Part shown: piece after piece, positions 27,292 to 35,900 of the stretch
Numbering within the stretch: position 1 is the stretch's first letter
Layout of the letters: every line of letters begins with the position of its first letter
Source of the DNA: a virus
IMG/VR virus record: IMGVR_UViG_3300025113_000003
Coordinates: 28,869 to 92,868 of that record
DNA: 64,000 bases
Reading direction: 5' to 3' (one strand)
Notes under the pieces: model-generated
Databases searched by the model: none
Seen by the model: the letters and a program-made list of their open reading frames with translations, nothing else
Told to the model about the DNA's origin: nothing
Position numbers and translations under genes: made by a program

Positions 27292-29523
27292 ATGACAACC
27301 AAGAACTTCTTCGGCGGTGCCATCATCAACTACGGTTCGGTACTACCGTCCGTTGGCGGTGTTCCTGACGGCGCGCTGTTCTTCAAGACCGGCACCAGCC
27401 CGGGCATCTACATCTTCAGCCTCAACATAGATGCCAACAGCACCAACCTAGGCAACCAGCCTGCGCAGACCTGGCAGCAGCTCGTTTCAACCGCTTCCAG
27501 CGGTTCAGATGCTGCCTCGCTCGGTGGTCAACCAGCCAGCGCCTACTACCGCAACAACCTGTCAGGACTGAGCCCCACAACCGCTGACCCAACGGCAAGC
27601 TTCTGGATCGATACGACGTCTCCAGCCATCAAGTCCACCGTAAACACGGCCAGCCTTCCTGGCAATTTCCCATCAACGACAGGGGCAACCTGGACCTTCC
27701 TGTCAAGCATGAATCTTGGCGGTACGGTTGATAACTACCAGCGCGCCCTTGACCTGCACAAGAGCTATGCTGGTGCTGCACACGGTTTCTACCTGCGTTC
27801 CTACAGCAGCGCTGGTATCCCAAACAACTGGGAACGCATCATCACCGACGCCACCATGGGTCCTGGGTCAGGACTTGACGCTGACCTGCTCGACGGCGAG
27901 GACGGGCTCTTCTACCGCAACGCCAGCAACATCAACGCCGGCACTCTAGCCACCGCGCGTGGTGGCACTGGGGTCAGTCACACCTCGCTGACGCAGGGTG
28001 CGGTCATGTATGCCGCGTCGGCCACCACCATTCAGGACTCTGCCGTTGGCGCAGCAACCTCAGGATCAGGCACCAACCAGAACTGGCAGGTGCTGACCTC
28101 AGGGGGTGGAGCCGCTCCAGCGTGGGTGAACTCCACAGGGCTAAACGTAGCATTTGCCACCAACGCTGCCTTTGCCAGCTCAGCGACGACCGCGACGACC
28201 GCCACAACGGCGCTAACAGCCAACGCAGTCGCGTGGACAGGTATCACAGGTCTACCTTCTGCTCAGCAGAGCTGGACAGATTTGCCGGCTGCTGGTTTCG
28301 ACACCCGAGCCGGTGCGGCGCTGTTCTATGACATGGGCAACATCGCTGCTCTGTCAATGAACCCATCGCAGTTTGTACCTGGAACCCTGAGTGGCTTTGA
28401 TGCCTACAGCACCTCAGATATGGGCCAATACCAGGTCGGCCTAACAGTCGTTGGACTGGGCGGCGCCGGGCGCCGGGCGGTGCAGCTTGCTGCCAACTGG
28501 AACTTCGAAGAAGCGGCACCAAGCGGGCTTCGCTTCCGTGTCAACGACGACACAGGAACCGCTGGGGCGTGGGGAGCGTTTAGAACGCTTTGGGACAACG
28601 GTAACTTGAACGCCCTCTCACAGCTGACCAACGACCAAGGGTTCATAACCGGAGCATCTCTGGCAAACTACCTTGACAAGACGACGGCAACGGCGCAGTC
28701 GGTCGTCAGCAACGTCACGTTCAATAACGACATCAGCGTTGGTGATCGCGCCACTGCTAACAGCTTGGCGGTGACTGGCGGTGCGGGAATTGGTGGAGTT
28801 TCAATACCTGGTGTTGGTAGCTTGAACGTGGGAGCAAACATTCTTGCTTTCGGCAACATCAGCGCTCAGGGGAACCTAAACACAACTGACAACGTATACG
28901 CCAGCGGTGGATCAAGCGGTATAGTTGCCTACGGGGCAAGCGGGATGGTGCACGCAGGCGTTTCAGCCGCGCACGGCGGTGGCGGAGGCTCAGGAGCCAT
29001 CCGTATGCAGGGGTCAGGGTCAGCGAACTCAGGATATATCGAGTTCTATGCCTCCAATGGCACCTCACAGACGCGCACCAGCTACATCGGAACCTCAACG
29101 TTTTCCACTCAAGATGCTGGTACGTTGACCTACTCAGCTGGGCTCCACAGCTTCGCTGGAGATATCTCTACCAACGGCAACGTCACCGCCTACTCCTCTG
29201 ACGCCCGCCTGAAGGAAAACGTGACGGTCATCCCAGACGCCATCAAGAAGGTAAAGAAGCTAGGTGGCTACGAGTTTGATTGGAAGGAGCGCCTCTGCGA
29301 GCAGGTCGGTTTTCAACCAGCGCAGCGGCACGAGCACGGGCTGCTGGCGCAGGAAGTTGAGCAGGTAATGCCTGACGCGGTGACAGCTGCAGCGTTCAAC
29401 TCTGACTACAAGACGGTGCGCTATGAGCGGCTCGTGGCGCTACTGGTCGCCGCCATCAATGAGCAACAGGAGCAGATAGCTGCGCTTCAGCAGCAGGTAA
29501 CTGAGCTGGCGAATGGCGACTAA
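27292..29523 (+). CDS. Tail fibre with C-terminal intramolecular chaperone (peptidase S74)
   Basis: GSGLDADLLDG, Gly/Ser/Thr-rich body, SSDARLKEN cleavage site, GLLAQEVE and coiled-coil tail. Confidence 0.88.
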   Translation: MTTKNFFGGAIINYGSVLPSVGGVPDGALFFKTGTSPGIYIFSLNIDANSTNLGNQPAQTWQQLVSTASSGSDAASLGGQPASAYYRNNLSGLSPTTADPTASFWIDTTSPAIKSTVNTASLPGNFPSTTGATWTFLSSMNLGGTVDNYQRALDLHKSYAGAAHGFYLRSYSSAGIPNNWERIITDATMGPGSGLDADLLDGEDGLFYRNASNINAGTLATARGGTGVSHTSLTQGAVMYAASATTIQDSAVGAATSGSGTNQNWQVLTSGGGAAPAWVNSTGLNVAFATNAAFASSATTATTATTALTANAVAWTGITGLPSAQQSWTDLPAAGFDTRAGAALFYDMGNIAALSMNPSQFVPGTLSGFDAYSTSDMGQYQVGLTVVGLGGAGRRAVQLAANWNFEEAAPSGLRFRVNDDTGTAGAWGAFRTLWDNGNLNALSQLTNDQGFITGASLANYLDKTTATAQSVVSNVTFNNDISVGDRATANSLAVTGGAGIGGVSIPGVGSLNVGANILAFGNISAQGNLNTTDNVYASGGSSGIVAYGASGMVHAGVSAAHGGGGGSGAIRMQGSGSANSGYIEFYASNGTSQTRTSYIGTSTFSTQDAGTLTYSAGLHSFAGDISTNGNVTAYSSDARLKENVTVIPDAIKKVKKLGGYEFDWKERLCEQVGFQPAQRHEHGLLAQEVEQVMPDAVTAAAFNSDYKTVRYERLVALLVAAINEQQEQIAALQQQVTELANGD

Positions 29524-29525
29524 AC

Positions 29526-30704
29526 ATGACGGTGCAAACAAGCGGAGCAATAAGCCTCCTGAACCTCCAAACTGAGTTTGGCGGAACAAGCCCAATCTCC
29601 ATCGCGGAGTACTACCGTGGTGCTGGGCTGGTCCCAGCCGGCACCGCCGCTGGAACTGGATCCTCTCAGACCGCGCCGCTTCCACCAGCTGCACCTGCTC
29701 AGATCTCTACATCACCGGCGCCTATTCAGCTGTCGATGTTCTATGGGACCAGCGCGGCAATTACACCAAATCAGGCGCTTAGCTTCTTCTACACCAATAC
29801 GCTTCGGCTGATGTCATACGATCTCGATGACAACCCGGACTGGGCACCACGCGGGCGCTTTTGGGTAGAGGACGCAAACGACAACGGTGATTGGATAAAC
29901 CGCACTGAGCTGTTTGACTACACAACAGGGGCACTAACTGGCGCCGGCGCTGACACCGCCTCCTCAACCGTATTCATCATTGCTATGGGTCCCGACGACT
30001 ACGCTGACGCTCCCGGTGGTAATGAAAAGGAGTTCTCCAACATGGTGCTGGCACGAACTAGCGGCGGCACCATTAACCTGGCGGTGCCTACCTATTTTGG
30101 GTGGTATCTGCCAGATGGCAAAGATCACGGAGACGGCTGGGGGATCTTTCACGTCAATACAAATGTGACAGACGTCAACAACGTCATGATCACCATGTCC
30201 AAGGACTCCAGAGACGATGCCAACGTGTATCACACGGCGCTCTTTCCTGGAAAGTGGAAGTTTGGATTTCAACAGACCGTGGCCGTCGATGTAGTTGGAC
30301 AAGGACTATGGCCAACCGTACCTGTACCAGGTACTCAGGTAACAAGGTATCGAGAATGGACGGTGACAATGCCTCCTGCCAGCTTCCTGCTGTATAACTT
30401 TGCGTCAGATCTGGGTTACGACGTCTTTTCCCTGAATGGTGGCGGTTACGTCTGGCAGTATTCGGTAATACCCGCTGGTGTCCAGGTTGCCTATGGCCGA
30501 GTGGCGGTAGCTGATGGAGTAACAGAGGACTTCATGCTGGTAAACCCAACCACATCATCGCGCCAGGTACACATTCGGGTACCAGCAGAGTATCGCTACA
30601 CCACTACTGACCCCGAGTCGGGCACCTCGTCAGAGGGTCTCGCATCCATGAGCGTGCGCCCGTCCATCTACGTATTCATTGCTGAGACCAGCTTCGGTGG
30701 TTAA
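29526..30704 (+). CDS. Tail-fibre tip adhesin / receptor-binding protein
   Basis: N-terminal ISLLNLQTEFGGTSPISIAEYYRG module shared with 40970..41899. Confidence 0.7.
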   Translation: MTVQTSGAISLLNLQTEFGGTSPISIAEYYRGAGLVPAGTAAGTGSSQTAPLPPAAPAQISTSPAPIQLSMFYGTSAAITPNQALSFFYTNTLRLMSYDLDDNPDWAPRGRFWVEDANDNGDWINRTELFDYTTGALTGAGADTASSTVFIIAMGPDDYADAPGGNEKEFSNMVLARTSGGTINLAVPTYFGWYLPDGKDHGDGWGIFHVNTNVTDVNNVMITMSKDSRDDANVYHTALFPGKWKFGFQQTVAVDVVGQGLWPTVPVPGTQVTRYREWTVTMPPASFLLYNFASDLGYDVFSLNGGGYVWQYSVIPAGVQVAYGRVAVADGVTEDFMLVNPTTSSRQVHIRVPAEYRYTTTDPESGTSSEGLASMSVRPSIYVFIAETSFGG

Positions 30705-31588
30705 GCGAACTTCTTGATCTCGTCGGGGACAGGAAGGTCCTTCTTCTCGATACCTTCAGCTGCGTCCTTGAAGATGGCCGCGTGATCAGGCCGCTTGAAG
30801 ATCAGCTTGATGACCTGCTCAGCTGACAGCGCGTCCTTGGCTCTGACCCCCTTGCCAAACATGAACTCGGCTGCCTTGTCGGGGCTGAAGATTGGGTCAG
30901 CGTCCTTCGTGAACTTACCGTGGTGCCCAAGCTTCTTAAGCTCCGCCTCCACCTCATCTGGTGTGGCCTTACGCAGCGCGACGCGCCCCTTGCCGTCCTT
31001 GCGCATAGGGGCCGCTCGAAAGTTACGAGCTAGACCCTCAGCGCGACCAAACCCTCGGCGCACCCGCACTATGACGTTGCCGTCGTCGTCCTTCACCTGC
31101 AGGTCCTTGCCTGGCTCAAAGGTGAACTTCATCAAGCTGTCAATGAGAGCGTTGCGCACCGCGCCCTTGTGAGCGCTGTCAACCGCTGAGTGAAAGCCAA
31201 ACTTGGCCCACTCGGCTGACGGCACGAACATCAGGTCAACCTGAACTCGACGATCAGGGCCAGTTGGCACAGCGAACGAGAAGGTGCCACCACCGATCTG
31301 CTTCACCTTGTCCATGCCGGTGGCTGCCTTCATTTTCTCGACGAGGTCCTGCCGATCGTAGCGGCCCTCTTCGATGGCGATGTCCAGGTCACCGCTGTCC
31401 TTGCGCTTTCCAGCCAGTGTGTGACCGGTTGAGCCAAGCAGGTTGTCGGCCAGCTGCGCATAGGGAATGCCGGTGTGCTCCTCAACGAAGCGCAGCGCGA
31501 TCTCCATGTCCTGCTTGTTGGCGCGTACCGTGTTGAAGGCGGCCGTGGCGGCGCCGCCCTCCAGAAGAAACTGCTTGAAGGTCATCAT
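30701..31588 (-). CDS. Putative virion-packaged nucleotidyltransferase (pol-beta superfamily)
   Basis: MMTFKQFLLEGG leader; LGSTG...SGDLDIAI...VQVDLMF (GS, DxD, third D). Confidence 0.65.
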   Translation of the reverse strand: MMTFKQFLLEGGAATAAFNTVRANKQDMEIALRFVEEHTGIPYAQLADNLLGSTGHTLAGKRKDSGDLDIAIEEGRYDRQDLVEKMKAATGMDKVKQIGGGTFSFAVPTGPDRRVQVDLMFVPSAEWAKFGFHSAVDSAHKGAVRNALIDSLMKFTFEPGKDLQVKDDDGNVIVRVRRGFGRAEGLARNFRAAPMRKDGKGRVALRKATPDEVEAELKKLGHHGKFTKDADPIFSPDKAAEFMFGKGVRAKDALSAEQVIKLIFKRPDHAAIFKDAAEGIEKKDLPVPDEIKKFA

Positions 31589-32220
31589 CGAATGTATTCC
31601 TTTGGGTCCTTACCTTGCTGCCTGATGAGGTCGGCTACCTCGTCCTGAACGTAGTCCTCGTAGCTCATACCTGGATGCCTGACCTTGCTGACCGCCTCGG
31701 GGTCCCAGCGTGCGATGATCGGGTTGCGTGACGTGGGTTTAATGTCGCGAAAGTCTCGGTCACCAGTGAACCAGACAGCCAGCTCCTTGGCCTGCTCCCT
31801 GGTAGCCTGGAACTCCCGTCGGAAGAACATCTCCAGCCAGAGATCGTCTAGGTCCGTCTCCACCCCCTCCTCGGTATACTCAGGGATGTCAGCGATCTCC
31901 AACCGGTACTTCTCACGAGCTACTCGAGCGATGAGTCCCTTGACAACCAGCTCAGGTGACAGCGGCATGGAGTAGATGCTCTTTCCTTCCTTGCTCAGCT
32001 GGGCCTCAGCCCAGTCAATGATGTGGTCCCAGCCATCCTCAGCGATGAACTGAGGGTCGGGAGCCGTTGTCGTACCAGCGCGCCTTACCCAGTCCACGGC
32101 ATCAACCGCTGCCTCTCTGGTCAGGTGCAGCTCCTTGCGAAAGAAGAGCACCCATGGCAGCCATCCTAGCGGGATGGAGGCAGCTTCTACCTCTTCAAGA
32201 AAGCGCTTAAAGGTCAGCAA
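31585..32220 (-). CDS. Putative virion internal protein with two repeated domains
   Basis: GGGAG RBS followed by a TTG start at 32220, giving MLTFKRFLEE. Confidence 0.6.
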   Translation of the reverse strand: MLTFKRFLEEVEAASIPLGWLPWVLFFRKELHLTREAAVDAVDWVRRAGTTTAPDPQFIAEDGWDHIIDWAEAQLSKEGKSIYSMPLSPELVVKGLIARVAREKYRLEIADIPEYTEEGVETDLDDLWLEMFFRREFQATREQAKELAVWFTGDRDFRDIKPTSRNPIIARWDPEAVSKVRHPGMSYEDYVQDEVADLIRQQGKDPKEYIR

Positions 32221-32881
32221 AGCCGCTCCCCATGTCAAGTGGGATGTTGAAGTGCTGGCGCACGCGGTGCGCTACTCGGCGCATCCGTACCGGCGCGCCT
32301 TGATCGTGGTCCTTCAAGAACGTGTCAAACACCTTCTGTCCTGACTCGTTACTCATCTCAAAGAAGAGGTCAGATGTATCGGGGTCCTCATGAGCCCAGC
32401 GCACCAGCAGGGCGGCGTCGCGACGCGGAATCTCCAGCTCCTTCGCTACCTTGAGCGCGTAGCCCAGCTCGTCAAGCTCTTCCATCGACTCATAGGCGGC
32501 GTCAGGCCCGTAGTAGTCATCATAATCACGATGCGGCATCGGGTCGCTGGAGTCGCGGGGGCGGTGCTGCTTGGTCGACTTGAAGTGCGTGTCAATGCCG
32601 GCGTCCTGCAGGTCATGCAGGACCATCTCATAGACCCATTCCTCAGTGGAGTAGTCAGGTGCATCAGCTTTCGCTACATCATAGGGCATCGTGTCAGAGT
32701 AGTGATCGTACAGCTTTGTCCAAACAGGGTGCTGCTCAATGTCTGCTATCTCGCCGTCAACCCAGTCAGCGACAAGCTGTCGCTCCTCCTTGGAGAGGTC
32801 GAACTGCTTCTGCAGGAAGAGCTGCATCCGAAGGTCCTCAAGGGCGTCGGTTTCAGCTAGAAAGGCTTTAAATGTCAGCAT
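32207..32881 (-). CDS. Putative virion internal protein with two repeated domains
   Basis: MLTFKAFLAE leader; late promoter at 32889-32894. Confidence 0.6.
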   Translation of the reverse strand: MLTFKAFLAETDALEDLRMQLFLQKQFDLSKEERQLVADWVDGEIADIEQHPVWTKLYDHYSDTMPYDVAKADAPDYSTEEWVYEMVLHDLQDAGIDTHFKSTKQHRPRDSSDPMPHRDYDDYYGPDAAYESMEELDELGYALKVAKELEIPRRDAALLVRWAHEDPDTSDLFFEMSNESGQKVFDTFLKDHDQGAPVRMRRVAHRVRQHFNIPLDMGSGFADL

Positions 32882-32946
32882 GGCTTGTTATTTAGGACCG
32901 GAAACCGGTGCCCATAAATATCACTACGACCTAACGGGAAAAATTC

Positions 32947-35900
32947 ATGAAGTTTCACGGTATCACGTTGGAACAGGGCAGCAGCGTAGCCAACCTTACG
33001 GTGTCCTCTGGAACTGCCTTCCCAACTTCCCCAGATGAAGGTGAGCTATTCTTCCGCTCAGACACCGATCTACGGCTCAAGGGGCTGTACCTCTACGTTG
33101 GTGGTAGCTGGGACCGCATCGCCAGCACCGACTCGCTGACGTTGCCCAACGGCGCGGTGCTGCCAACGCAGGCCAATGAGGGAGATGTCTTCTATCTCAG
33201 CTCAGGGGATGCCAGCGAGGGGATCTACGTCTTCCGAAACGACAGCTGGGTGGCCGCATCAGGTGAGGGTACCGCGCCTATCTTTGACGTCACAGGTGAC
33301 GTCACTGGTACCATTGACGGCGGCACGGATGTTCTCACGTTGGTTTCAACGACTGTCACTCCCGGATCATACGGTTCTGCTACCCAAGCGGGTACCTTTG
33401 CAGTTGACGCAAAAGGGCGCCTCACAGGTGCTGCCGATGTGTTGGTCACTCCTGCTTGGTCCTCTGTAACGGGAACCCCGACAACCCTGGCTGGCTATGG
33501 TATCACCAACGCTGTACTGAAGACCGGTGACACGATGACAGGTCCGCTGGCAATCACCGGAACTGGCAGCGGGCTGACCATTGCTGACGGTAACCTGCTC
33601 CTCACACGCGCCATTGATAACATCGCTGGTGCTCAGTTCACGAACACAAGCACCGGCGGTGACGCTGAAACGGCGCTGTATCTCACCAACGACGCTGGTG
33701 ATTACTTTACTGTGTCAATTAGCGGTTCAGGCTTTACGCCTGTCGCTCAAGCCTCAACTGCCTATGTCTGGACAGATGCGGCAGCTATCAGCTTTGGTAC
33801 GAACAGCATCGAGCGCCTGCGCATCTCCAATGGTGCCTTCGGTCTAGGGGGCGCCAACTACGGTACCAGTGGACAGGTGCTGACTTCAGCCGGTTCCGCA
33901 GCTGTTCCAACCTGGACCACGCCTCTAGGCGGTACGGTAACCTCTGTTGCCACGGTGCAACCCACAGAAGGTCTCACCATCACTGGTGGACCAATCACTT
34001 CTAGTGGAACGCTTACGTTCGAGCTGGCTAATGACCTTGCTGCGCTTGAAGAACTCACGACCACTGGGCTGGCGACACGGACAGCAGCCGATACCTGGGT
34101 TTCCAGGTCGATCGCTGTCGTTGGATCTGGAATCTCTGTCGCTGATGGCGGTGGGGTTGCCGGCAACCCCACCATCACTCTGGTTTCTGCTACAGCCGCA
34201 ACGCCCTCAACGCTGGTCTTCCGTGATGCCAGCGGTAACTTCAGCGCAGGCACGATTACGGCAGCCCTGACCGGCAACGCCACGACTGCCACTACGCTTG
34301 CGACTGGGCGTACCTTCTCCATCACTGGAGATGTCACTGCCAGCGGCATCAGCTTTGATGGTAGCGCCAACGTAGCTCTAGCCTCTACGCTTGGCACCAC
34401 CGCCGTTGCTCCTGGTTCCTACGGCTCTACCACCCAGGTAGGCACCTTCACCGTGAGCGGTCAGGGGCGCCTCACCGCCGCTGCCAACGCCGCTATCGCC
34501 TTTCCCGTAACCTCGGTCGCCGGTCAGACCGGAGCTGTCACGCTGACCACCGCCAACATCACTGGTTACGGCACCGTTACCGACGCGGTCTTCACGCTGA
34601 CCGACGACGGGGACCCCACCAAGGTCGCCAAGTTTGAGGCGTCAGGTATCACCACCGCCACTACCCGTACCTATACGCTGCCCAACGCTGACGGAACCAT
34701 CGCCATCACGGGTGCCTTGGCGCAGACCTTCTCGGGCGCGCTGACCTTCTCCAACGCGGCGCTGACAGTTGGTTCGGCGACCACTGCCGCCACCTACAAC
34801 CTTGGTACCGGCGCGACAACCAGCGGTAACACCAAGACCATCAACCTCGGCACGGCTGGCGTGGCGGGTTCCACTACCGTGGTAAATGTCGGTTCCAGCA
34901 CCAGTAACACCACCATCAACCTCACTGGAAAAGTCGTTCTAGCAGGCGACCCAGCGACCAGCCTTGAGGCAGCCACCAAGTCCTACGTGGACGCCATCAA
35001 GGAAGGGCTCAATGTCCACGCTGCCTCGCAGGTGGGGTCTGCTGTCAACCTTCCAGCTACCTACGCGAACGGCACCGCTGGTGAAGGAGCTACCTTAACT
35101 GCCTCCGCTAACGGTGTCCTCGTTGTGGACGGGGTCAACCCGGTAGTAGGCAACCGAGTGCTGCTAGGTGGTCAATCCAACACCGCCCACAACGGTATCT
35201 ACGTCGTCACCAACGTTGGCTCAGCCTCGACGCAGTGGGTCCTGACCCGCGCGACTGACTTTGATACGGCAGATGAGATTCAACCGGGTGACTTCGTCTT
35301 CAACCAAGGCGGTACCACCCGTGCCAACACAGGCTACGTCCAGACGCAGACAGTTACGACCGTCGGTACTGACCCTATCGTCTTCTACCAGTTCTCAGGT
35401 ACCGGCGCCTACATTGGTGGCGCCGGTCTCACTCTCACTGGCACGACCTTTGACATCGGCACAGGCAGCGCCACTCGAATCGTCGTCAACCCAGACAACA
35501 TCGACCTCGCCACAGTCACTGACCTTGGCACCGGCACCTTCCTTAAGCTGACGCGTGACGCCTACGGTCGAGTGGCAGGAACCACTCCAGTGGTGGTGAG
35601 CGACATCACCTCTCTTGTCAACGCGTCCTATGTCCAGAAGGCAGGGGACCTGATGACTGGCGCGCTAGGCATCACCGCTGGTCTTGTAGGAACCCCAGGG
35701 CTCTACTTCAGCGGCGACACCAACACCGGTCTCTTCAGCCCTGCAGCGGATACCTTCGCCATCACCACTGGAGGAACTGAGCGGCTGCGCATCAGCAGCG
35801 CCGGTGACGTTGGTATTGCGACGGCACCAAGCAGCTCCTTCAAGCTGACTGTGGCTGGTAACATAGGTGCCACGGGCAACGTTCTTCTGGCAGGTACGAC

